The notes beneath the pieces are model-generated. The model did no database searches. It was given only the letters and a program-made list of their open reading frames with translations, and had not been told where the DNA came from. Below are positions 10,421-23,540 of a stretch of 64,000 bases of DNA, piece after piece. Position 1 is the stretch's first letter. Each line of letters begins with the position of its first letter. Origin of the DNA: Lama glama (lineage: Eukaryota); assembly GCA_028534125.1 (NCBI GenBank), contig CM052816.1, positions 33,358,001 to 33,422,000 of the forward strand, given 5' to 3'. A program made the position numbers and the translations under genes.

Positions 10421-13199
10421 AACGGACTAAAGTAAGAATACCCTTTATTTAGGTCAGTACCAGACCAACAAAAAGACCCCAAGAGACTTATTTTCCTCTA
10501 GATTTAAAACTTCCAAGACAGTTTAAAATAAGCCTGCTCTCAACCTGCAGCGTCCTGCCCCCCGCAAGGTCAAGAACAAGTTGCGCTACACCTTTCCTCA
10601 CCACTCCTCCATCTGTCCCCAGCCTCACTTTGCCCTTCGCCTGGCCCTTGTTCATTTGGATCAGGCACTGCAAGCATGCCTGGGACAACCCTATGATGGC
10701 CTGGGGACACAGCCTGTTCAGGAAGAGGAGATGGATCTGGGCACCCTTCACCAACCTGCTTGGCATTCTCTGATTTCTTATTTTTGCTTTCCCTGCTGCC
10801 TTCCTGTTGTCAACAAGCCCCAAGGGCTCATGTACACACCCCAGCCATTGAGGAGAAAGTTACAGGCACTGCAGATGACATTTTACTATATATTTATTTC
10901 GTCCTTTTTTTTTTTAAAGTTCATTGCAAGAAGAAAGTCATCCTTGTTTTAATTAGTTCTCAGGCAAGACCATCCCTACTTGATTAGATTACCAATGTAA
11001 TTTGATAATGTTATTATTTCATCTTAGCTATTTAGTTCTCTAGAAATGAACAAAAACATAAAACTATTCTAAAACCTTGTATTTTAGACTATTAGATTTA
11101 CTTATTTCATCTCATTTAAATTTTCCAACATTTTTCATAGTAATGTGTGTTCATGTAGACAGAAATCTCTTCTGACTGTAGACTGTTGAAAAATTATAAT
11201 TTTACTATAGTGAATGTAGTAGGTTATTTCATTAAAACACAGTAATGTGGGCAATAAGGCAGGATTATCCCTATAATGATAGGACCCTGGCAAATATCGA
11301 GAGGAAATAAATTCTTGACAGCTTCTGGACCCTGAAAATGGAATTTGGATAAACAGACAGCTAAGAATATATAATATGAACACAGTTTAATTAAGCTTAT
11401 GAATAAATTAGATAATTGGCTTTAGACAGAAAAGTTCTTTTATCACTGGAAGAATCGTCTTCCATACTCGTTTCTTTTCTGCTCTAACAGCTTGTACTTT
11501 TTTTCTGTGATTGGCATGGGTAGGTTTGAACCCACAGACTTCAAGCCTTAAATATCTGAACCAGTTAAGACATTTTGGAAGCAATATTGCATAGTTACAT
11601 TGTAGCACATTTATCAGGAATCATGACCCAATAGATTTTTTTTTCCTTGAGATCTATTTCTTTGTCCAATAAGATTATGAGAATTTCTTCAATGTTGAAC
11701 ACTCTTTGGACTATTTCAGAACACTAGACATTCCACTTAACCAGATCACAAATTTCAGTTTTCTGGCCTGCAGTTTAGTTTCAATTTGGTACACTTCCAA
11801 GGAAATAATGAATATTTCCTTAAACACCTAGCATCTGTAATCTTTCTTCTGCGATTCACTTATAGGCGAATGCTCTGTTATTAACAGCCTGAGGCAAAGG
11901 TTCTATAAATGAGACTGAATGGGTAGCTTTCCTTTTTTTAATTTCCTGACAAATGACAGATGGTATAATATAAACACCTACTCCCTCAAGAGATGTAACT
12001 GAAAAATCCTTCTATTCAAGGTAGAAACTAGACCCAGTGTACATAAGGATAATTGTTCAGGATGTAATCGCCCTTACATCAAGCGAGCAAGCAGGCTCAG
12101 CCCTCTCCTCTGTCAATTATATGGCAGACACTGCTCCAAGTTTAGTCTCTGTGTAAAGTTACGCTTTCCATAACATGACAATGACTCCTACCAGTCCTGT
12201 ATTCCTACCATTTCCAACTCATTCCATAAATGGACAGTTCCCTCCCCACCTAATTATTCTCAGAAGGCTACATGGCAAAGTGATGACAGTACTTGTATGT
12301 GGTGAGGAGAGAAAGGGCTCGAACTGAGGGACATCCTCAAAGGGGGCTTCAGCCTTTCCTATAAATGGTCTATTTGTTTCTAAGACAGATAAACAGAAAT
12401 ATTATTATATTAAGTTAAAAAAAATTAAAACCCTGCATCTTTCCTCTGTTCTAGATCACCCACTTCCGGTGCCCTGGTGTTACTGGGACTTCTGTTTTTC
12501 CCTAACTCAGCTTTTCCAGTGCTTCTGTGTTACTGTACAAAGGGGTGCCTTAACATCCTGCCCCTTCCTCTGCTCCCACTTGGAGGTAATATTCCAGTGT
12601 ATTTATTACCTTTGGACCAAGAGTATGTATGCATATATATGTCTGTTTATATATAATTTGAACCTTGCTCTTTAAATTAAACACATCAAACTTACTTATT
12701 TTTGATTTCCAAGCCTGATCAGCCTATATAATAGTAATTCTACACATAAGTTTAGCACTTCAGAGTTCACATAGCACTTTTATTTTCTCTCTTAGTCCCC
12801 ACCCCTGCCCCAGCTTCCATGCTGCCTTCTCCTCATTTTCATATAATACAGCAAATTACTTCTTCCTAGTGAGCCTCTACCTATAGCAGAGGGGGAAGGA
12901 TTATCTTCATCCAGTCAATTCCCTTTTCCCCTATTACATAGCCTCAAGGGTTATGTGGTCATCTATAGGGGAAGAAATAGCAAATGGAAAACAAGCCTCC
13001 ATTCTAAGATGGCATTATCTGTAAGATGGGCCCATCTTATAAGATAGCAAAGACAAACATCTGAAATAGTATTTTTATAATAGTGTTATGTTTAAAAATG
13101 ATTAGATTTAGGAGGAGATTGAATACATTATTCACTGAGGCTGTTAATGGAGTGACAGGAAAGAGCATTTATAATAGCTTTCTAATTTGTCTTCTTTTG

Positions 13200-13832
13200 A
13201 TCTCCTTTCTCTCTCAAATCCATCTGTCAAAATGTCACTATCAAGATATTTATAAAATACAGATTTGATTTAAAAATATAACTGCCCTGACTAAGAACAT
13301 TTGCTGGATCACTATTATTTACCAAAGCAAGTCTGAATTTCTTAGCCTAATGTACAGATTATTTTAAAATTTGATCCATCTACTTTGCCAAGCCCATCTG
13401 CATGCTCCCTACCAAAGACTATGTTCCAGTCATGCAAAGTGACAAAGTAACAAACAGTTCCTGAACTAGTCAGATGCTACTACTCATCTGACTTTTCTCT
13501 TCCTGTGCCTGCTGACAAAGAATGCCTTGTGGCCACCTCTTGACTTGCTGAACTCCTACTAATCCTTCAGTGTCCAACTTAAATGCCCATCCTCTGTAAA
13601 AGCCTATCTAGGAAGTATTAATTGTTCCCTCTTCTCTTTATCCTTGAGCCTTTGGCTCAGATAAATACAGAACTTATCACAACAAACTTTGATTTAGTGT
13701 GTACAGATCTTTCTCCTTTTATACCCTATGAAATCCTTGAAGGATGAGACCATACTGCGTTCACTCTTATAATCTCGGTGCCTAACATGGAGTCTATTAG
13801 TCATTCAAAATTCTTTCTATCAATGAGTGAAT
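13200..13832 (+). mobile_element. Diverged L2 3' region
   Basis: ctctactaatccttcagtgtccaacttaaatgcccatcctctgtaaaagcc...tatgaaatccttgaagg...gtgcctaacatgg...aatgagtgaat. Confidence 0.6.
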
Positions 13833-14489
13833 CCCTCATTCCCAGGATGACCATTCTGTACTGCTGCAAGAAAGAACTGCTCTTGTCACTACTATTAAAA
13901 CCCTTGAAAGGACTCTGAGAGATCACTGGTGTAATTTCTCCCTGATCTTCCCATTTCAGGCTGCTCAATTCTCAGAGAATTCCTCCAACCTAGCTACCTC
14001 CTTGGAATACTTAGTGTTTGGTACTAGATAATGATTACTAAACTGTCCTCCCCTCACTTTCTTCTTAAATCCTTAATTTGTTGTGTCATTCTTTTCTCAG
14101 ACCTCTTTCAAAGCTTCTATTAGTTGGTCAGCAATTAGAGATCACAAATGGGAACCCCATTTGGCCCATAGGACTAAATTCAGGGTTCTTATTTTCCCCT
14201 GTATTCTTGGAGCTCTGGAGGCAGGAAAGAAATTCAGGATGACGACAAATAAGAACATTTGACTTAGAGAAAGGAAAAGTCCACATGGATCCATTAGAAG
14301 GAAAGGGTCATGGACAAGTTGTTAGCTAACAGTTCTAAGGAAAACATAAAATATAAAACACAAAATATTAAAACAAACAAGAGGATGCCTACAGGGGACA
14401 TAGTGAAATGGTTTTCACATTTTTGCTAAGAAAATCCTACTCATAAGCCTGTGGTAGAGAGTGAGTTGTCTAATGCAATACTCATTCTT

Positions 14490-14925
14490 GGTAAGAGAAC
14501 CCTGATTTCATTTGGGGCAGCAACACGTCCAGTCAAGGGACACATTGCCAGTTTTCCCTGGCAGTGTGGAGGCTGTAACTAAGTACTGGCTAATAAGATA
14601 CAAGTGGACATTTGGAGCTTCTGCAAGTCTATTTAATAGTGAAAAGATGCACTCTTTTTCAATCTTTTTTCCTTTCTATTGTGTAGAATGCATATGGAAT
14701 GACCGATTTCAAGCAGTCATTTTGGAATGTGAGGAAACATACTAAGGAATGGTAAAGCAAGACAGGAAAGTCTGAATCCTTGGCACTGAGAGCCACCACA
14801 TCTGAAGAGCCACAGCTGTGGAACCCACCAGGATTGCCTCCCTGTAGACTTCTAACATCAGAGAAATCAATTTCTGTCTTGTTTAAACTATATTTTGATT
14901 TTTCTCAATTTACTCCTAATTGATA
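14490..14925 (+). mobile_element. Old MaLR LTR (MLT1J/K-like)
   Basis: aactaagtactggctaataagata...gcagtcattttggaatgtgagg...gagaaatcaatttctgtcttgtttaaacta. Confidence 0.55.
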
Positions 14926-16793
14926 AACTACTCCTGTCCTCAAGGAGCTTAAGCTCCAGAACAAGAATATTTGGCATAATGTAAAGATTTAATAAAAAGA
15001 TAGGTACACTTAATTCTGTGTAATCACTGGATTTATGAACAATTCAGCTGTAAGAAAGTAATCCAAAACATTATTACTTTAGACCAGGGAAACTAACTAG
15101 TTAAAATCAAAATTATAAAATGTTTATATGAACATGGAAATGTGGAGAATGGTGTGGAAGAATGCATGAGGTGTTAATATTGATTACACCTGTTTGGATT
15201 TTCACTTCTGACGATGACCTAGTAATACTTTTGAGGCATAAAAATTAAATTAGAGAAAATTATAAATTAAATGCAATGACTGATAAATATTTCTGTGAAG
15301 GAAAACCACACTGATTTATCTATGGTGATTTTTCTGTGTAGGGAATCCTATCATTCTGTTTTTAGGACCTTGCATACCTGGATTCTCACCCCTGATCCCC
15401 CAACAACTAGATGTGGACTCTTGGGAAAGTCATACTCTTGATCTCAGTAAAATGAGAATGTTAGTAAATGAATTTTAAAGTTTCTTCCAGCACTAAACTT
15501 CTGTGAATTTAATCATACATTTGCTTTAGTGGATACCTTACTGCACTTTTCCAGTCTGATTTCCATGAATTCAAAAGTTGTTAAAATGAGTTAGTTATGT
15601 AGTTCTGACATGTCTATTTCTCAGATGAGGTGATTAACAAATATAAATGCCATAGAAGAACAAGACAGGAAACTCCAAATACCACCCTTCTCCTGTTTCC
15701 ATAATGGCCTTCCTATGTGCGTAACATGGTATTTCTTAAGGTGCTATACATTTTTGATTTACATGACTGTTTCTCTATAGACTGTAAGCCCCTTGAGTGG
15801 GGATGGAGGCAAGAAAACGCATCTCCCAGGTGCTAAGCACTGGCTTGAATACACAGCAGGTGATTTTGCTGAAGAGATGAGTCAGTGAAGAAAGATTTAC
15901 ATAAAAAGATGATTATTCTAAGAGAAAATGATAGCTAAACTTATGACTGATAACATGAAATCGTGTCTCTTTTCTTTGCAATCCAGACTAGAGTTCTAAT
16001 TAATTTGTCACATACTCATTAGCCACGAAAATTTTAGAAATTCTTGATAATATTTGAAAGGTTTATTGGTTTTTAGGTTGTTGCCAGATTAATATAGCCA
16101 TCAAGAAAAAAAGGATGAGTTTCATGCTGGTTTGGATCAAATGCTATTGTTCTGTCTCTGGATTGTGAACTGTACCCAAGGTGCCTTCAACCCATTCTGA
16201 GAGACTGGTCAAGAGGATCTGAGGACTGCCGCACAGCTCATCTCCAGAGACCGGGGGATTCTGGTGGGGAAACCCCACCTAAATCTCTTATCTTAGTGAA
16301 GCTAGCCCAGTGCCACCAACAATAGCTAGGGACTACCCCACTCTCACTGTTGTCTTCCACACCATCTGCATTAATGACACATGCTCTCCTCACACACTCT
16401 CCCAAGTAAAAGCAAGTAAGGAAAGTGATACAGGGCTCATGGCTTTAATTCCAGTCACAAAACTGTTTCCCTGCCCTTTCCCCTGGTGACTACTTTTCTA
16501 CTCCTGAGTGGCCCCAAGAATAGCTACCACCTCAAAGGCAGGTACAGAGCACCCAGTCTGTCCTCCCTGCGGTCCCCTCACCCTCTGCTGTCTTAACAGG
16601 GTGCCCTAAAATCAACATCATTGAACCCCTTATGCAGAACAAGAGGTGGTCTGTCATTTACAAATGCCTTCCTCATGAAGACACTTCAAATTGTGTTTCA
16701 CATAGAGACATTAGGAGTTAAAAAATAAGTTCATCAAATAAAAAAAGATTTCAAACAACAATAGAAGCAAAATATCAGTATTAAAGAGCATAC

Positions 16794-16868
16794 CGCAGTA
16801 CCCTGGGGTTCCACATACTGTCTTCATGAGCACTTGATGTTCCACAATTTTAGAGAGTCCAAAATCAG
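16794..16868 (-). CDS. CAMK4: CAMK4 exon 7 (75 nt, phase 1 to 1): (A)DFGLSKIVEHQVLMKTVCGTPGYC(A), containing DFG and the activation-loop Thr
   Basis: Acceptor tttttcttgtcttgttag|CTG and donor GCG|gtatgc. The Thr in MKTVCG corresponds to the CaMKK site (human T200). Confidence 0.98.
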
Positions 16869-18933
16869 CTAACAAGACAAGAAAAAAATTTAAGGAAGCG
16901 AGTCTTTTCTCAGCTTTTATAAGATGACAGAATACTTTAGTTATTCAAAATAGAACTAACTTCTTTGTTTGTTTTTGTATTTGATGACGGGGTAAATGTA
17001 GATAGGGACCAGTCACCTGGGAGAGTAAACAAACAACCAAAAAATAATAATTCAAGTGTTGCTTTAAATTGAAAAAAAGAAAGAAATAACTACCAAAGAC
17101 ATTTTATGCTTTTCTCTGTAATTACCAGATTTGAGTAAATAAGCTATTCCTTCTTGAAGTAATAGTTGCAGTACATATATTTTATCTAATATTAATTCTG
17201 AGATTTATGAAACTAAAGGACAGTGGTGATGTAATTCAGAACTTTTAATCCATTGGAAGAAATCAAATTTAAAAATTAGACTTTCATAAATGTCAAGAAA
17301 ACGAACAGAAATATCAAAGGTTTATTCTGCCTCAAAATAAATAATGTCATTCCATAGTGCATTTGATGGAAAAGAATTTACTCTCATCTAGGGAACATAT
17401 AACTTTTCTGTGCAAAAACCCTTTTTATTTATTTCTCAGGATATTACCTAGATAAAACATTATCAGAAGTTGCTACCATTACGGTCTATTCACTGGGCTA
17501 CACCTCTCTCACTCAGGAAACATCAGGAAACAGTTCAAGGCCATTCTTCAAGAGAGGCAGGTGCAGAATTGATGCCATTTTAGGCTTCAAAGATAAACCC
17601 ATGTTTCAATGGAGGTGCTGATCCTTATCAGAAAAAGCAGCAGGAAGTCCTTCAGGAAGAAGGGAGCTCCTGCCTAAATCAGTATCCGTCCAACCATTTA
17701 AAGAAATTTCTTTAAGGATAAAATCTTTGAAAGTGATGTCAAAGAAAATGGAAGCCTCCCTGCTGTCCACTGCCTTTCAGGAGTGATTATGAGAACAAGC
17801 CAGCTGCCCAGCAGGACTTCAGTGTTTTTTCTTTAGGTTCTTGGATTCATAAAGCACATTATGTTGTCTGAGCTCTTCCATGATATGTACAATTAAATTT
17901 TCAAAAGTGTTAACATTTATAAATGCAGTGAACTCATCAGATCAGCATTATAAAGGACAGCTCCAAAAGAGCAATGCCCTTCAGAGGATTTAGTACAGAT
18001 TCTACTATGCAGATTTCATCTAAAATAAATTTTGTAATTTTTTTTTGCAAACAAAGATTTACTTTGTAAGGGACATGAAAAGTAACATTTAATATACATT
18101 TTTTCTAAAATATCAATTTAATGATCTCTTTGAGTAGATCAGAACTTTCCAAAGTTCATCTTTATAGTCCTTCAAATTGCTTACTGAAGGAAAAAAAATC
18201 CCCAAGGTTTCCAGAGTCAAATAAGAACTGGGAAAAGTCTCAAAGACACTAATTTAGATGTCAGGCTACACATTAGTATTTTTAACTTTCTTGAAAGTCC
18301 TGCAGAAATAAAAATGTTTAAATTGGCATTTCATAACTTACTTGACCAACCTTATTAGCACCTCCACAAACCATAGTCCCCCCAAAAGAATTATTCACCC
18401 TTGTTCACTCAACTGAGGACCAGTGTTCCATGGAGTGCACTTTGGGAAATACAGATCTCAGTTTATCTCTGTTCATATAAACAAATGACTCATAGCCCGA
18501 ATTCACTGATAGGCACTAAGTATTTTACATCAAAGTTCTTCATTGCCTAAAACTAAGCTCCAACTAACTTGTGGAATAAAAGTTAATAACCAAAAAAAAA
18601 CAAAAACAAAAAAAAAAGGAAAAAAGAAATGTTACATACTCTGCGATTTTCTTCTATATAAACTTATCTACAACACACAGTCATCTCCTGAAGTCCCCAT
18701 CATTTCCAAGAGCTGTGATTCCTTTGTGTGTCCAGAAATGAAGTACCAACTTCCAGCCACTAATTCAGATTAACACTCCAGGAAAGAACACAGATTTCCA
18801 AAACAATTAATTATTCCTTTACAGACACCAATATTTGAGGAAATTTAATGGAGGCAAAACTGGACGGAGCAGTATTTATAAATTCCATGGAATAAATTTC
18901 TTCTGCTCTGGAAAAAGGGATCATAAGACATCA

Positions 18934-19038
<105 letters not shown>

Positions 19039-19689
19039 CTAACAGGGAAAATAATGAAGTAATATTCATGTGTTATATTTATGGCTCCAACACTTTTATA
19101 TTTAATCGTTCCAAAATTATAACAACCTTTATTAAGTTAAGTGATTCAAAAACACACATGTATTACGATTAAAAACAAATACCATAAAAGAAATTGTTTT
19201 AAATTATGTAACATTTGAGAATAGCTTATATACCGTTTCCTAAAAGTGAAATGTAATTTAAATTGTATAGAATCACTTGCCAGAAATAAAATATTTACTT
19301 CTCAGAGAATATTAGTTGGAGTTCTCATAGGCATGTTACCATATCAGCTCAAATTGTCTAATTAATATTATAGTAAAGTCAAGGTGCTCTATACTGAAAT
19401 GTCTGGTTTATTAGCTGAAAAGCATTACATATGTGTCATCTTAGAAATTCACAACCATAGTAAAGACTTCATAATTACGGTTTGAACAGACACTGAGATG
19501 TGAGTAATTATTATAGAGAACTATCCTTAATATGATAAATATTGTTTAATGACAATGAATGCTCTCATAGGCTCTTCTGAGGATTAGTAAGTCCAGGCAT
19601 TAATACAGAGTGTTATATTTGAGGTGATCTTAAAGATCACCTCTAACAACTCTATTCATTTTATTATATTTTAAATTATTTTGTAAATT

Positions 19690-20450
19690 ATGTGTAATCA
19701 CACATGTAATATGCTTTAATTGTGAATGTTGAAGTTCTACCTGACCCTGCTTCCCCCAGTATCAGACCCCTCTCCAAAAGTAATCATTCATTGGTTTGAA
19801 ATGGTCCAAACTTTTTTCTATTCATATACAAAATGAGTATATGTATAGAAGGAAATATCCCTGATTTCTTTAGTTTTCTTATATAAATGTATCATTAATA
19901 AGAATTTTACATTGCTTTTTTTCACTTAACAATGTGTTTGAAATCTTTCCCATGTGTCACTACAACTTATTCTATTTAATCCTTGCATCCACTTTTTGTT
20001 GGGATGTATCATTTAAAAATTTTGCTATTTCCTTTTTAATGCACATTCAAATTTTTAATGACTACAAATAATGCAGTAATAAACCTTCTAATATTTAAAT
20101 ATTGGAGTATTTTTGCTGGTGTTCCTTTAGGACAGATACCCGGAAGCAGGACTGGTGGGGTCGAAAGTTATATATATTTTCAATTTTAATATATACTGCA
20201 AAATCACTTTCCTAGAAGACTCCATCAGTATTTACTCACATAAACAGTGTAAATGTAAATGCTTTCCTAATATTTTTATCTAATTTATATTCTTAACTTT
20301 TGCAGAGCTGGAGTATAAAGATTATACCTTATGTTTGGTTTAACTTATCTTTCTCTGTTTACTGGTATCGTCTACCTTCTCTTCATACCCTTTATGGTTT
20401 TCCTCTTCTATGAACTGTGTACTCAAATGCTTTGCCCATTTTTCTGTTGG
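19690..20450 (-). mobile_element. Old L1 (L1ME-like) 3' region
   Basis: ttcacttaacaatgtgtttgaaatctttccca...actacaaataatgcagtaataaac...ttttaatatatactgcaaaat...tttgcccatttttctgttgg. Confidence 0.7.
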
Positions 20451-21446
20451 ATGAAGAGAAAAAGTTGCCAGGGTGCTGTAGTTTCTTCCTTTCCCATCTC
20501 ATAGGGGAAGGGAAGAGGTACTTTTTTTTTTTCTACTCAAGCCAAGTAAGAGGGGATAAATACTTCAAGGTCACAATTTGTAGCACTTGACATGTGTCAG
20601 TTAGTGATCTGGGGAAACAGGAACTGATATCTGCCTCACTCATGAAAAACTGGAAAACGGTTGGAGCAGGTGATTGAGGAGAGATGGTCTCAGTGAGATT
20701 CAGTTGCCCTCAAGTAATAGCTGGGCAAAGAAGCACATTTCTCACGGGCCCAGTGTGGACTGTGCAGAAGAGAACCAGACACTAGTATCCCTCCAGAGAT
20801 CCCTTTGCTGGCCCATTTCCTGCTGGGGTGATGCCATCTTATCTCAGCATGACAGGAAACAGAACATGAGGGAGGTAGGTAGCTAAAGGGCCACTCAGAG
20901 AACCTGCAGTGATAGAACTATCCTCCAGTGAGTCTCTGTAAAGCCATCAATGTTGTCCCATAAACAAAGAACAACAGGCATTTGTAAACTGCCACATCTA
21001 GAGATCATGGGTGCCAGACCAGAAATGTGCCAGTCTGGTAAGACCTTTCTTAACCGTCCATCTCCTTTCCCACTCTTCATCATCGCTTTCACATTCCAAC
21101 TCTAGAAGGACCACAATCAGCATCTGGCTGGTTGAAAAAAAGCAAGAAATAGAGAAGGAACTAACAAGAATCTCTACCCCCTATATTTATAAATTATAGA
21201 TCTCTAAGGTCCAAGTTGGGGGAGGGAAGAAGTTTAAAATTGGATGAGTCTAAAATTTTGGTCTTTTCCTTACCCAAGAGGGACTGGAAAAGCTATGGGC
21301 ATGGCCTGAAATTTTATTCATTGAGGAGAAGAATGGATTCACAGTGTTGATTTGCCAGCACAACAGTAAGAAAAAATAAAGTTGCTTTTGTTCATGTCTT
21401 ACCAGCTCTAACTCATTCCTTACACTAGATAATTACCACATGTAGG

Positions 21447-21695
21447 TAATAATACCATTCATGTCCTAAGCACTTACTATATTTCAAGCACTATTATAAA
21501 AACTTTAGACCTAATAGCTTGTTTAATCTTCACGGCAGCTCTGTTAAGTAAAATTATATAATTCTTGTTCCACAAATGAAAAAACTGAGGCATAAAGAGG
21601 CTAGGAGATCTGTACAGTGTCACAACTAGACACTGTGGTGTCGGGATTGAGACTTGGGCATCTGGCTGTAAAGTCCAGACTCTTGCCTGTTACAT
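21447..21695 (-). mobile_element. MIR SINE
   Basis: aagcacttactat...tttaatcttcacggcagctctg...acaaatgaaaaaactgaggcataaagagg (MIR core, reverse orientation). Confidence 0.85.
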
Positions 21696-22702
21696 GATTC
21701 CCAACAGATGCTCAGGATATACCCATTACTTGATTTTGTAGGGTGGAAATGTGAGGAAAATAAAAATGAAGGACAAGAGGGTAGAACAATGAAGGACAGG
21801 GAGGGTAATAGAGGGGGACGAGAAATGACAGAATGACAGATGACCATGCTCAGCCTTGAATGATATCCTGGGAAAATCCACCATATCTCTGAGGATGAAG
21901 ATACTATCTTTTGTATAAGCTGAGTTTGAAGGCAAAGATGAAGTATCTCATATAGTAGCTTTGGAATATACCTAAGAATTGCATAGTTCTATTGATCCCA
22001 ATCAATAGAAAATATTGATTTTCCTCCCTAATCTAACCCAATTTCAAAGCTCTATTGCTTTGGGAAGAAAATGATACTGGAAATAACAACACAATAACAA
22101 GAAAAAATGAGATGAACTGGCAAGTGTTGGTTAGCAAAGTACTAATTATATAAAGATTTTCATGAAATGTTGTTCTGGTCTTCTTGAACAGAAACAGAAA
22201 TGGTTGTTATGTGTTCTAAGTCCAAATTTAAAAAAGCAAGAGAAAACAAACAAAACCCAAAACACCATTTGGCACTCCATAAAGGAGAACTAGACCAGAT
22301 AACAGAAGAAAAGTTTTAGAGAAAATAATAGATTTAGGAGTCATGCACTACCAGGGGGACAAACGCAAAAACAAAGCAATGAAATGCTAACAGTGATAAT
22401 TCTTACTTTAAAAAGTATAGGCAGGGATCATTTGCTAGAAATTACTTGGTGTGTAGAAAGATTACTAAAAGTCATGATAAGATCATGAGGGGGAGGCATT
22501 TAAATGTATTTGATTGACAAAATGGTAAGAGCCATGATTTTATTTTTGCTTGGACCCACTGATTGCCTTTGACCAATAGTTAGTATTTTTAACTCCTACA
22601 TTATCTCAAGTCAGGAAGCTAGGAAGAAGGAAAACATGAAATATGATCCTCTGTCTTTCCCTCAAGGAGACAAAATCATTAGAAGCAGCAACACTTTTAG
22701 AG

Positions 22703-23196
22703 CACCAGTTCTCAAACTTTTTGTTTTCAGGTCTCTTTTAGAGCTAAAAAAAAAAAATTAGAACCTCAAAGAGCTTTTGTTTATGTGAATTATATCTAAC
22801 ATTAGTTACTGTGTAAGTAGTTAAAACTGATAAATAAAAAAATTACTTGTTAATTTATTTAAAAATAAAACAATAAACTCATTACATTAACATAAACATT
22901 TGAAAAATATAAATAACTATTTTCTAAGACAAAAAATTACTACTGTGTCACTGTTGTAAAATTTTACAAATTTCTAATTTCTGGTTTAGTGGAAAACAGC
23001 TGGATTCTCTTATCTGCTTATGCATTCTCTATTGTAAAATCACACATCATGCAGACTCTGAAAAATTCCACTGTGCTTTGATAAGTAAGGAGAAATGCTT
23101 TCATATTATGATGAAATAGTTTTGACTTCACAGACTCTCTGAAAGTGGTCTCAGGGACCCTCCAGGGATCCCTACACCACACTTTGAAAACTTCTG
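22703..23196 (+). mobile_element. hAT-Charlie non-autonomous DNA transposon (Charlie4a/MER80-like)
   Basis: Termini caccagttctcaaac...ctttgaaaacttctg. 8-bp flanks ttttagag and tcttacag (6/8 identical). Internal caaagagcttttgtttatgtg. Confidence 0.8.
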
Positions 23197-23384
23197 TCTT
23201 ACAGTATCTGAAGACATAAAAAAAGCACTTTAAGATCTGAATAATAAGCACCCTTCCCCTTGTTTTCAAACTACGTTTTCAGTAAAACACACACCTCTAA
23301 TCTCATCGTATGGTAATCTCATCTTAACACATCAAGATCACTGCACATGGAGAATTGCGTTGGGGCAATATACCCCAAGTATAC

Positions 23385-23540
23385 CGTTTATTACCTGTGT
23401 GACCTTAAACAATATGCCCGCTTTCTACATCTCAGTTTTCTCATCTGCAACATCCACTTGCAGGTTGTGGTGAGAATAGAAGACAGGCATGAAAGCTCCT
23501 AGTATGCAGTAGACATTCTACTCATAAACAGTAGTTACTA
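23385..23540 (+). mobile_element. MIR fragment
   Basis: ctgtgtgaccttaaacaat...ctcagttttctcatctgcaa. Confidence 0.7.

Noticed and set aside
10488..10987. Overlapping 111-123 aa ORFs in a GC-richer patch, as a possible retrocopy
   Set aside because: No recognisable protein similarity, no poly(A) tail or TSD, and non-ATG starts.
702..16904. Identical 9-mer gactcgctt upstream of the exon 7 acceptor (16904-16896) and of the distal cryptic acceptor (710-702)
   Set aside because: The distance to the AG differs, it matches no splicing motif I know, and some repeated 9-mers are expected by chance.
20460..21424. Possible ancient LTR (AATAAA followed by a terminal ...TTACA)
   Set aside because: The texture is suggestive, but I cannot match a family or define a 5' end. 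It needs a Dfam search.
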